Assembly (NCBI RefSeq): GCF_009914755.1
Contig: NC_060929.1
From: the human T2T-CHM13v2.0 reference genome, Homo sapiens
DNA: 64,000 nt
Direction: 5' to 3' (one strand)
The notes under the pieces are model-generated. The model saw only the letters and a program-made list of their open reading frames with translations, did not search any database and had not been told where the DNA came from. Below, in pieces: positions 14,115 to 30,021 of this stretch. Both the position numbers and the translations under genes were made by a program. How positions within the stretch are numbered: the stretch's first letter is position 1; each line of letters starts with the position of its first letter.

Positions 14115-15842
14115 AATAAGATTCTGGGGCAGTGATGTTGGCAGCCTTCCTCCTCCTACCTCCTGCCCACATGGGGAACCACTCCTTTAAGCCACCCAGG
14201 TGACACCACTCTAAAATGTGCTACCACTCAAGTGCTATGAACTTCAGCACTATCAGTGCCCCTAAGGAAGACTGCAGTAGAAAACAGTATATACAAAAAA
14301 AAAGGATATATGATTTTTCCCCCAACAGAAAAGATAATGTGGCCTAGCAGTAAATATTGAAGGAATAAAATCCCTTTGGGATAACAGAAATGCAGAACTG
14401 TAAAAATGTATAAAGGGCTTGATTGATTGTTTGTTAGTAACATGGTATGTATTAAAGAGAGAGAGAGACAGAGAAAGAGGCAACAAAATAGGAGAAAGAA
14501 ATACAAGCCAGCACTTTTAAGAGAATATGATTTAAGAAAGAAAAAAGAATGTTAAAATTCAGTGCCAAACCTAGAATGAGATCTGTGGAATGTAGGCCAG
14601 GTGACAGATTCCTGAGTCAGGACCTATAGGTCCTAATGGCTTTAATGAAAGTGGATTACCTTACTTTAAATATGTTAATGATTAACCTTGGAAATTAAGA
14701 CCCAACTAGGCTGTGGCTAATAAATACATTCACCTCTGCAACAGACAACAGCTACTCTTTTGTCTTGCCATACAATGCATACTTATAATACATGTAAATC
14801 ACCTTGTAATCTTTTTCATGTAAAATTCTACAAAAATAACATTAAAATACATTAAGCATTTAAAAATGTTCATAAATAAAATGAGACGGCAACTTTCTAT
14901 CCTTATGAAATAAATGTGCCTGAAAGTAGACTTAACCAGATAACCTTGCAAAGTCTCTTCCATTTCTAAACCTATCTTTCTTTAGTTCATCAGCAAGTTT
15001 ATAGAGAATCTATTTTTAGGCTGATTTTATAGATGGGAAAATAGAGGAAGTAATGGTAAATGGACTTCCCAAGGTGTTAGAGAGGATGTCTATTGGAGTT
15101 AAAATTATAATTTACAGTCCCTTAATTGCCCAACTAATTACCAAGCCTGCTGTTAAAAGCACTAAGTTATATTTTTTGAATATAAAGTTTGATGCATATT
15201 TCCTCTGATATCAAGAGAATTACATCAAATAGAAAGCCTGCTCCACTTTTTATGGGTATTTCAAATTGAATGCCGCATCAATTACATGTGGTTTTGAGAA
15301 GTATGCTGCCCACAATATGTAGGATAACTCACTTGTACAGGACACATGGACACAGTTGTGAATTCTTTGACCTTTCTGTGCCTTTTGAATTCTCTTCAAG
15401 ATGCACTAAAGATACAAAATAGCTCTGCATCAATGTAAACCAAGAGTTTGGAAAACCAAACTTTGTTATTATATGCACGATATAGAAAAAGTGAACAGTT
15501 ACATGTTATGAAATATGTTTTGCACCAACTTGAAATTTTAAAAGCACACTAACAAATGTACCTTCATTTCAAGAAATAGGAATTGTTTCGTCTATTCCAG
15601 GCACTGCGGAAGACACTGGATAGGAATGTGCAAGAAGACAGTGTAAGCTGAGAAGGGGGCCCAATCTGACTTGTATTTAGATTGCTGGCTTCTGAATAGA
15701 CTTTAGGAGGTGTTATGGGATGAATTCACAAGTGCTCCCCCCAGAATTCATATGTTGAAATCCTAACCCCCAGTAACTCAGAATGTGGCTGTATTTGGAG
15801 ACAGAGTCTTTAAAGAGGTCGTTAAGGTAAAATGAGGTCACT

Positions 15843-15940
15843 ACTCTTATTATATTATTATATTATCTTATTATTATCTTATCTTATATTATATTATATT
15901 ATAATATATTATTATATATTATATTATCTTATTATATTAA
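15843..15940. repeat. AT-rich (TTATA/TTATC)n low-complexity repeat
   Basis: TTATTATATTATTATATTATCTTATTATTATCTTATCTTATATT... Confidence 0.9.
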
Positions 15941-15951
15941 GGATAGACTAC

Positions 15952-16338
15952 TGATATAGTTTGGCTGTGTCCCCACCCAAATCTCATCTTGAATTGTAGC
16001 TTCCATAATTTCCATGTGTTGTGGGAGGCACCCAGTGGGAGGTAATTGAATCAGGTAGTTGAATGGGGGTGCGTCTTTCCTGTGCTATTCTCGTGATAGT
16101 GAATAGTGATAGTGAGTAAGTCTCAGGAGATCTGATGGTTTTATGAAGGGGAGTTCTCCTGCACACATTCTCTTGCCTGCCACTATGTAAGACGCGACTT
16201 TGCTCCTCATTTGCCTTTCACCATCATTGTGAGGCCTCCCCAGCCCTGTGGAACCATGAGTTAATTAAACCTCTTTCTTTTATAAATTACCCAATCTTGG
16301 GTATGTCTTTATTAGCAGTGTGAGAACAGACTAATACA
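15952..16338 (+). mobile_element. THE1 (B/C/D-like) solo LTR
   Basis: TGATATAGTTTGGCTGTGTCCCCACCCAAATCTC...GACTAATACA; exact 5-bp TSD ACTAC (15947-15951 / 16339-16343). Confidence 0.95.
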
Positions 16339-17689
16339 ACTACCCTTAATATAATATGATGGTGTCCTACAAGAAGAGGAAATTGGCACACAGAAGGAAG
16401 ACCATATGAAGACACAGGGAGAAGATGGTCATCTACAAGCTGAAGAGAGGCCCACAGAAAAAAACCAACCCTGCTGACACATGAAATATGGTCTGGGACT
16501 TTATGCCTCCAGAATTGTGAGAATAGTAAGCCACCCAGTCAATGCTACATTGTAAAGACAGCCCCAATAAACTAATATGGAAGCAATCCAATGAAGCTGA
16601 AACTGTCCAGGTATCATCAAAATTATTCTAAAATTAAAACAGTACGGTTGAATTCAGAAAATGGCTCTCTTTCTGATGCAGCATGTTGTCTAAATACAAA
16701 AGAATAGCCAGGGACCTGATGATTACTATTTTCTTGCTTTTGATATAGTTCATGTATAAGATTAATGTTTTCTACATAATATGATGCAAAAATTTTAAAT
16801 AAAATTTTAAAACTAAGAGAGGAAAATGAATGGAAACAAAGAGTCCTAGGACAGAGAGCTGCGAGGAGTATCAAAAAAAAGTCTGGAAACATAATTTCTG
16901 AATAGGCCTTTCAAGTAGCATGCCCAAGCACTGTCTGTACAGTTGTAGCTGGTGATGTTAGGTTATCATTAGTCTCATCTTGATACTTCCGAGTCTACCT
17001 AACATCTAGGGCCATGTTGTTTATTAATTTAAGAGGTCAGTGGACTGCTACAAAGAATAACTGTCCTAGAAGTTGATATGAATCACAATTTTCTTTCCCT
17101 CACGTTGATTTTGGCTTAGCTTTTATCCATCATCTTCTAAATTAGGAGTTTAAAAATTGGGGTTATGAGAGGCAGGATTAGGAAAGGGTTCCCAGAATGA
17201 CTCTTCTCTTCAAAAGACCAAAAACCCAAAATGTGTCTCCTTTCCCATTATTTGCCTTGTTCCCAAATAAACTACCTAACAAGAAAAAAAAGGGGGTTTA
17301 AAAGAAGACATCTCCCACACAGCTGGTTATATATTGATAAATAAATCCAATTTTTTTCACATGCCAGAATGTGACCACTGGGAATCTTCCCAGTAAAACA
17401 TTAACCAACTCTGTCCTTATTGAATCAAGACAATGAATAACAAAAGAGGACTTTGACTCTAATCTGAAGCCATAAAACAAACTGGATGAGGCATGATAAT
17501 TCAACAGGAAAGAGATTACTGACCCTTCATAGACTGGCAGCTCTTTCAATTAAGATGAGTCCTAAGAGAAAAGGTAAGGTTCTTACAGGTCAGGCAGCAG
17601 GCTTTCTTGCTAAAATTAAAGTTGAGTATTAGTCCACTGAGTTTATAAGGAAAACAAAGCAAATATAAATAAGAAAGAATAGAATTTTC

Positions 17690-17915
17690 AGAGTGGTGTA
17701 GTAGAGTGTCACAAAATCAGACAGACTTATATATTAGCTAAATTCTAACACCCTTAAATTGTCAGGCTATAGAAAATTAACATTTTAAGCCCCAATTCCA
17801 TTCATATAAATGGGATAATAATATTTACCTCCCAGAGAGATTGTGAAGACAAAACAACATAGCATATGTAAAGCATTTAGTACAATGCCTGGTACTTGGA
17901 AGACACAGTAACTAT
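17690..17915 (+). mobile_element. MIR SINE
   Basis: Core ATAAATGGGATAATAATATTTACCTCCCAGAGAGATTGTGAAGA...ATGTAAAGCATTTAGTACAATGCCTGGTAC. Confidence 0.8.
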
Positions 17916-18323
17916 TACATTTTTATGTCTTCCTTTCTGCCTTTCCCATGAATATATTTACAGCATTGCCTGAACCCTCAACTAATTTTTATCAAGGAAT
18001 GTGAAGGCAAGACACTCTTTTAAGTTTTTTGATATGTTTTCCAAACTTAAAAGACCAAAGTGATCTGGCAAATATTTCTAACATACTTTGTTCTTCCCAC
18101 TTTACCTTCGTTCTTTCTTCTCTTATTTGCTACAGTAGTTGTCTAGAGTAGAAGATCTGTGTCATTCTAGTGACTATGTGAGAAAGGATGAAAGAAAAAA
18201 AAGAAACACTAATGGTAATACTTGAATCATTAGTATGAATTTTATAAGAAATATGAGAAATATGCTTAATAGTCAACTAAATAACAAAATCAAAAACAAA
18301 CTAGATTGAAATTATTTTTAGTT

Positions 18324-18528
18324 TGTCTTAGTGAGCTTGGGCTGCTATAACAGAATGCCACAGACTGGGTGACTTAAAAGTACACTAATTCCATCATGGA
18401 GGTCCCCACCATCCTTTTGACCTAATCCAACTTTAATTACTTCCTAAAAGCCTCATTTCCAAATACTATCACATTGGTTGTCAGGTTTTAAACATGTGAA
18501 TGAGAGGGGCACAATTCAGTCCACAGCA
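18324..18528 (-). mobile_element. Internally deleted MLT1A/B-like LTR
   Basis: TGTCTTAGTGAGCTTGGGCTGCTATAACAGAATGCCACAGACTGGGTG ... CACAATTCAGTCCACAGCA; exact TSD TAGTT (18319-18323 / 18529-18533). Confidence 0.88.
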
Positions 18529-19613
18529 TAGTTTATAAACAAATACGTTTTTTCTTTACATTTCAAACAAATGTAAGCATCCCTGTTGAAAAACTCTAAG
18601 AAGTTTCATGAGTACGTTGTCAGCCCCCAGTACCTTACAGAAGGTAGGTACTCAGAAATTATTTCAAATGAAACCTAAACAAAGACCTTCAGGAATAAGC
18701 TTTATTAAAGCACAAAAGAACTACCAAATTTTAAAAGATCTATATTTCTCTAGACAAAGCATTCAACATAAGCTCAAAAAACAAATAAGGATATATTGAA
18801 AAATGCCATTTCCAAAATGGAAAATGGCTTAGGAAATAAAAAAATACTAGTAAAAATGTAAAATTCCACCTAGTTTTGGATCCTGTAGGAGATAAGATTA
18901 AATCATACCACTGCATTAGGATGAAGAAAAAAGACTTTGCAAGTGTGAAGAATAAAGTAATGGAACTGAGAGAAAGAGTGTGAATGAGGGCCGCCTACAG
19001 CAGAAGTCAAATACATGGAAGTAAAATTCTCAAAAGAGATGAGTTAGGGAGGAAAGAATCCACTGCATGATTTGGAATTGGGACTGGCAACGAAGGTAAG
19101 CAAGATGCTTTATGAAGCTTCCAGCTGTATGGTCTCTATTCTGAGAGGAAATACTGCTGGGAATGAGAAAGAGGCAAGAAACTTAGGAAGTGGCTATGGT
19201 TGTGTCAGAAGTACTAACATGAACATGGACAAGAATTCCTGACACTCCATCATCTCCTGGCAATAGGAATCAAAATCATGACCCCAATAGAAACGGCAGG
19301 CTAATGCCCAATGACATCTTCCCATTGTTTTCCATGAAGTTGCCTCTTGGGGTTGGCTACATAATTTGCAGGGCCTAGTGCAAAATGAAAATTTGTGGTC
19401 CTGACTGGGAACAGAGAGGTCAATCATTTCTTCCCACGGGCCTGTGACTCCATCCCATGTCAAACTGGTGTAGTTCAACAGATTGCAACTTCCCTGCGGG
19501 ATGCCCTTAGTACTTGAATGAGTACAGCCTTGGAGAAGATAGCCACAGCCTTATTCCCCTCTGAAACACCACCAGGCACTTGCCTAACTCCAGCTTTCCC
19601 TGGGCTAACACCC

Positions 19614-19632
19614 AAGTGCCCCCTAGAGGCAG
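19614..19632 (-). promoter_or_regulatory. Candidate CTCF binding motif
   Basis: Reverse complement CTGCCTCTAGGGGGCACTT fits the CTCF core CCNCYAGRKGGCRC. Confidence 0.5.
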
Positions 19633-19803
19633 AAGGCACGGGCAGATGCAGACACATTGCCGCCCGCACGACCCAAAGTGCAACAGCCATTTTGAGGCTC
19701 CAAGACTCCAAACTCCCAGGTCACATTCTATTGTTTCGTTGAACTTCACTTTTAAAACACAGAGTCAAAGATACAATTATTAAGAACTTCAAGACTGTAA
19801 CTA

Positions 19804-20115
<312 letters not shown>

Positions 20116-20516
20116 AAGACTGTAACCACAGAGCATTAAACTCCAAAATTTAAAACATCCACAAGATTTGAAAAAGAGGGCACTGTTAAAATTGTTTGCT
20201 GTTTGCTGTTTTCTTTGACCCTATGTCAAAGACATGGGACTTTTTCTTTCTAAAACTAGTTATTTTTATCATCATTATCATTATAAAACATTACTCAACA
20301 CAGTAAAATAAATCTCAAGTAATACAGAAGGATGGAAAAGTAAAAATATCTCAACGCCTCCTGTTCCCAGAAACCAAGGGTTAACCTTAGTAGATTTCTC
20401 AGTTATACTAGTGGCTACTGATGTAGAGTTAAATAAAATACACCTTTAATTCTTCCTTTGTCAACAATAAAAATGAAAACTATAGCTTTCAAAATCTTCT
20501 ATACCGTTCCCAACTC

Positions 20517-20807
<291 letters not shown>

Positions 20808-22213
20808 TAATGGTCAGGGTTTATACGTGTTCAAAATGTAAATTTGGATACGATATGTAATAGACATTTTGAAGTATATTGGAGAATTTTACAAGTTGAC
20901 AATTATTTTTGCTATAACTTTTAAGTCCTAGTTGCATTGCCTTCTAGTATTCAGAGTTGCTAAGATAATTATTCTCTTCCTGTTGTAAACAAATGATCTC
21001 CATGTCTCCAGGAGCTTTTAAGAATTATTCTGTTCCTTTGGAATTTTGAAATTAAAATAGAATCATTTCTACTAGTCTTTTTCATGAATTTCTCTTAGGA
21101 TTCAGTTTGCCCTCAAGGTCTCCCAAAACCTGAACTTTCTACTTTTGGAAGAGAATGTCTCCTATTAACTTTTTTAATTATTTTGTCTTCTACAGAGATT
21201 ATTTGAAGATTTGTTATACTTACTTTTATATTTTGCATCTCTAAATTTTATTCTGAATTCCAGGAGATTTTGTTAACTTTATCTTCTACAGATTTTGTTT
21301 CCAGCCATGCTCATTCCATTATTCATTTGTCCCAACTGCTTGATTAATTTTAGCATTAATTGGCATATCATCTGGCCTTAAATTAGTACCCATTTAACAT
21401 TTGAGTATGGTAATCGCTCCAAAGTCACTATCAAAACTTTCTTCATTTTATGCAGAGAATGGGACCCAGTTACGTCTGTGACTGAAATATTAAAGTTACT
21501 ATGTTGAAAAAAGTTTGAAAACAAGCGTAGACAGATTCAAAGAATAATTACGATGTCTCATTTTTGGAAACAGACTAAGACTACATGTGGTAAATAAAAG
21601 ACAGTGATGTAAATTAAACTGACTTGGAGAAGAAAATAAACTACAACTTCCCTAAGGGGAAAAACATTAGAATAAAGTAATTATTCCAAGAGATAGAAGA
21701 TACTTGATTGACTAAATACAGAGAAAGCTAGACAGAGTGGATTAAGAGTAAGTTATGAAGAGACGGTGGTTAAAACTCTGCATATGTGAAGGATATTAAT
21801 ATCTGATTACTGTTCAAAATGCCAGACACTGGTATAAAGAAGATACAATTAGACGTAGCCTTATTAATTAACAGCTTACATTTTCAAGGTGCCTCATTAC
21901 TATAATTACTCACAACAGATCAGGGGAAAAATTTTCTCACCTTTCTGTGAATCAGCATTAGTAACAGAGATTTGAATCCTCAATTCTGTATTTAGTACCT
22001 TTTACTATTTTGATCTCATATTACTTGAGCACATTTCACAAAAAGAAAGAACCAACGTATTTCTACTTTAGGTGCCAGGTTTTATTGATTTTGAACATAT
22101 GGGCCATATAATTAAATTTAACATTATACTTTCTAGTGAATAGACTAACTCAATACATGAGAAATACATACATTAAAGCTAATAGGTTAAAATCAGCAAA
22201 ATTCTTAAGAAGC

Positions 22214-22640
22214 TGCTATAGTGTGGTTTGTCTTACCCTTTCAAATCTCATCTTGAAATTTGATTTCCAATGTTGTAGTTGGGACTTAGTAGGAGGTTTT
22301 TTGGGTCACAAGGGCAGATCCCTTATGAATAGATTAATGCCCTTTCTGGGGGTAGGAGGAAGTAAGTTCTCATTCTATTAGTTCTTGTGAGAGCTTGTTG
22401 TTAAAAACGGCACCTCCGTCTCTCTCTCTCTTGCTTCCTCTCTCGCCATGTAACCTCTGCAAATGCTGTCTTCTCTTTACCTTCCCATCATGAGTGGAAG
22501 CAGCCAGAGGCCCTCACCAGAAGCAGATGCTGGTCCCATGCTTCTCATACAGCCTGCAGAACCATGAGCCAAATAATCTTTTCTTTAGCAATTACCCAGC
22601 CTCAGGTATTCCTCTATAGCAACACAAATGGACTATAACA
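22214..22640 (+). mobile_element. MST (MSTB1/MSTC-like) solo LTR
   Basis: TGCTATAGT...CAGATCCCTTATGAATAGATTAATGCC...AATTACCCAGCCTCAGGTATTCC...GACTATAACA; exact TSD GAAGC (22209-22213 / 22641-22645). Confidence 0.93.
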
Positions 22641-23550
22641 GAAGCCTATCTATCAAACGTTGTACCATTCACTGAAGTATTATAAATCAATGAAATGACA
22701 AATATTAATAGCAAGCTGTTAAGTTAATATTTTCTATTACACCATCATGGAAATTGGATCAGTCAAGTGTCTGTGGATTCAGATTTGCTTGAATTTGTTT
22801 TGTTTTTAAATTTACAACCCTTCAGAGTTTATTTTCTCTAAGTCAAGAAGCATAGCATTCTAGCTCTAAAGGAGTTTTTTAAATAGGGATCATTCTTTAA
22901 TAAGAAGTATGCAGTCGGGTCAGCTTGTGGTTTACAATAAGAGATACTATGACTAGTGGAGACTGAATCAAATAGTACTTCCAATTACCTTCTACCCAAG
23001 AGAGTTTGATCTCATTATTTTGTTTGAATTTCTAAACCCATACTTTCATCTTTCTTTGGTCATGTTCCCAGAAACATCTGATGTATTTAAAACAAATAAA
23101 TAATTTGTAGCTGTTGTTTCAGATGAGTGAGGAAATGACCAAATTAGTATTTTCTCTGGGTCAACATGTGCTCTGTGAAAATGGGATACATAGTAGATAG
23201 CCTGAACAAAATTGGAGCCTGGCCAATGGAAAAATACAGAAGTCTGATCTTTGATGTATTAGAGCACTCATTAAAGAAAAAAAAAAAACTAAAAAGGAAC
23301 TCACCCTTTTTCATCAGTATCATGTTTTATGAGAAAGAAATGAAGTATCCAATGATGAAAATTATGATTCTTCTCACACTTGAAACATGGAAGTTTTGAA
23401 ATGCAAGACTTTCAGAAAACCCATTCTAATCTAGTATTGAAATATTTCTTGCATCAATCATAATTATAACTTTTAATTGTGTTGACATCTCAGGAAGACT
23501 AGGTAAAATTTGCCATTTTGGGGAGATCACTATAGAATAAGTTAAAACTG

Positions 23551-23870
<320 letters not shown>

Positions 23871-24907
23871 TCATCAAGATAGTATAATTTAAATTCTTAT
23901 TGTAGTCTGTCAGCTTGTTCTATACCATGTATATGGATGGTTAAAATGGTTATACTTGCTTTCTGGGTAGTTACTTCCTTTAATATGGCAAAATAGAAAT
24001 TATGGTTTTAAAGATGCAGGGCAAATTAAAGGGTTTTCTTTCAGTAATCAGGATTAATTTCTTTGTTTTAGCAACTATTATAATTTTAGATGAACTCTCA
24101 TTTGCTAAGGAAGAAGAAAAAAATCAGGGACAGTACACATTCTAGGTAATCTACATTTATCTGCCATTATGAATGAATTTGGATAATTTCTCAGACTTCC
24201 ATCTCTTTATTTTACACATTAGGAAAACCCAGGATGAGACAGACTAGAAAATGCAGCTTAATGTCAGCAGCCAGCTATTATATTTAGTTATCAAGCTAAG
24301 ATTAAAACTCAGACCTCTGATATTTAGTTGGTTAGCCTTTCCACAATATCATACTGCATCTCCTTAACATAAAAAGATTTTAAAAATATATTAAGCGAGA
24401 TGGGAAAAGAAATTCAAAGTAACTAAGAGCTTCTAAGAAAGCAGTAGTTGTAGATTAGCCTTGAAAAGGGAGAGTTCTTTCTTCTACATTTCTTATAAAG
24501 TCATGTTTTAGATTTTAGGTTGAATAATTATGTGTCTGCCTATAAAGGATCATAAGTAGATTGCTAGGTGTGTTACACATAGAATAATTTAAGTCCCGAA
24601 GATCAAATTCCTTTGTTTTCCTCTCAAATGGTTGTTCACATTCTATTTTTTGCAGTGTAACCCACTTTCCAAACCGATGTTACTGCCATAAATAGATCAA
24701 TGAACCCATTGTAATGAATCATTACTAGGTTTTCAAAAAATAAATATAAAAAGGCTATGATAACTACATAGCTAGAATGTAGTTTTTAAACAACTGGACA
24801 TAAGACCAATAAAAGGCAAGCCCTTCTTTTGGAACATTAACATGGCATTACCATTGGCAGAACTATCAGTTGGTAGGTGACAACACATCTTTAAGATAAA
24901 GATTCTA

Positions 24908-25240
<333 letters not shown>

Positions 25241-27799
25241 TCAGTAACAGTCAGAAAGAAGAGCTTACTAGGAATCTGGGCAAGGGAAAGTCTGTGGATA
25301 AACAATGGGTCCTGAAAGGCTGTTCACAGAAAGCGCACAATGAAAAGGGATGAGGTTAGAATATGGCATATACATCTGGTATATCTGCTCACCTCTCTAG
25401 AACCTGTTTTAAATTTCACATTCAAGCATTCTTGTTTCAGTTATTTACTCTCTGCCATAAGGTTTTGGAAGATAGGATTTTGATAGGTGAATAAATAATG
25501 CAGTGACTTGAGTATAGAGACAAAGATCAGTGTGGAGACTGGGAAGCCACAGATTCATTGGAGGAAAGTCTAAGAGGGTCAGAGACCCTTTCCAGCTCAG
25601 AAAGTCTATTAGTTCAACCTTTAAAGCCAACGGGAGATTTTATAAAAGGCAGCAGAATTTAAACTATGGAAAAAGAAGAATAATGGCAATAAAGGTATTT
25701 TATCTAGTTTGCCCTTATTGAAAAATCCAGAAGTAAAGACACAATAAAAATGTAATGATAGATTTAATTCAGTAAGGCTGCGTTAAAAAGAATATGGCAA
25801 ATAATGAAATAATATCATACAGGATTCAGTCTTGAGATAAGAATTTTCTCTTATCAGGTATGTATGACCTGATGAAGGAAGTTTAATTTTTAACCATCCA
25901 CCCAGTTTTTTGTTTTATTTTTAGCCATTGATTTATGATAGAAATAAGCATTGAGAAGGAACCTTAAACTATATCTTTGTTCTTTAGGTTTCATTTGAGC
26001 AGAGAACTGTAACTTTAATCGCCCTGTATGTCTTTAATACGTACGTCAATAGAACTAAAATCAAAATTGCTTTAAATAACTGTCTGAACTGTCTGCAGCT
26101 GTAGTCACACGGAAAGCATTTAACCAAAATGTAAATTCAGTCAATTTAATATGACCATTGTTGGAAATATTTTCTTTATGAGTCATAGTAACTAGATAGA
26201 AAAGCATTCACAATCAAGTTTTTGAAATACCCAAGAAAATAAAGGAATTTATAGGAATATTATTTTTCCTTGAAATAAATTTATTTTACAATATTAAAAA
26301 AAAGAAGGTAGCAGTTTCTTACATACTCACAAACTTACTTTTAATAAGAATATACATTAAATAGTGTTCAATAATTTAAAAATAAAGCAAACACAAGAAA
26401 TCACTTGTAGAAACAATAAAGCAGATATAAAACTGCAAAAAAGGTTAAATCAACACTATGACAAAAACAAAGAGTTGAGAGAAAACTAAATGGAGTAAAG
26501 AATAGAAGGAAAGATACCAGGCACAAAGAGAGAAAACAGGGATGCAAACTGAAAATAATAAACTTCTTGGGAGAAGTTAAATGAGTAAATAGTTCAGAAC
26601 TGGTAGTTATATATATATAGAAAGAAACATTTTAATCAGAAAAAAAGAAAAAGAAAAACCTGAAGTTTTGCCTAGGCAAATTTAATCAGAACTGAACAAC
26701 TAGAAATATCTCAATAAAAACTTAAATTTCAAAGATAAATAGGTAACCCAAGAAGCACTCTAGGAGGACAATAATTAAAATAATATTAGCCTCAGCCGCC
26801 TTCTCTGCAAAAATAAATGTCAGAAAGTAATTATATGAAGGCAGCCAGTGAAATTGGGGAGGGGCTACAGGGTTAAGGAAGCTCCTAGCTGAATTTTGTA
26901 ATAATTTCAACTGAGCACGAATTTTCCTGAACAGAATCCAGAAGGGGAGTGTGGGGAAGAGGGGGGAGGAGGAAGAGGCAGTGGGGTGACAGGGTGGCAG
27001 TGCAAATAAGAAGTTCAGATACAAGCTCAGAAGCCACAGCCAAGGATGCAGGCATGTTGGGAGGGCAAGGCCTAATAGCCCTGCTTGCTTTTTCAGTGGG
27101 GAGGCTTGTAACTTGGGATAAGATCTCAGCACTGCACATGGAACATTCTCCAGGATAGACCATGACAGGCCACAAAACAAGTCTCAATAAATTTAAGAAA
27201 ATTGAAATTATATCAAGTACTCTCTCAGACAACAGTGGAATAAAATTGGAAATTAACTCCAAAAGGAAACCTCAAAACAGTACAAATACATGGAAATTAA
27301 ATAATCTGCTCCTGAATGATTGAGTCAACAATGAAATCAAGATGGAAATTTAAAAATGCTTTGAACTGAACAAAAGTAATGACACAACCCATCAAAACCT
27401 CTGGGACACAACAAAAGTGGTGCTAAGAGGAAGGTCATAACATTAAATGCCTGCATCAAAAAATCTGAAACAGCACAAACAGACAATCTAGGTCATACCT
27501 CACCGAACTATAGAAACAAGAACAATCCAAACCCAAACCCAACAGAAGAAAAGAAATAAAGATTAGAGTAGAACTAATCGAAGTTGAAACAGTAACAACG
27601 AGCAAAAACAAAACAAAAAAAAAGGATAAATGAAACAAAAAGCTGGTTCTTTGAAAGGATGAATAAAATTGATAGACCATTAGTGAGATTAACCAAGACA
27701 AGAAGAGAGAAGGTCCAAATAAACTCAATTAGAAACGAAATGGGAGATATTACAACCAATACCACAAAAATACAAAAAAACCATTCCACACTAATATGA

Positions 27800-30021
<2,222 letters not shown>

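Larger units (their letters stand above)
15711..16578 (+). mobile_element. MLT1B-like MaLR LTR, split by an AT-rich repeat and a THE1 LTR
   Basis: TGTTATGGGATGAATT...CATATGTTGAAATCCTAACCCCCAGT; resumes after 16343 with GGTGTCCTACAAGAAGAGGA...AAACTAATA. Confidence 0.88.

Noticed and set aside
20930-21350. Possible ancient L1M fragment (also around 18.6-19.0 kb and 26.4-26.7 kb)
   Set aside because: Compositional resemblance only; too degraded to delimit or name by eye.
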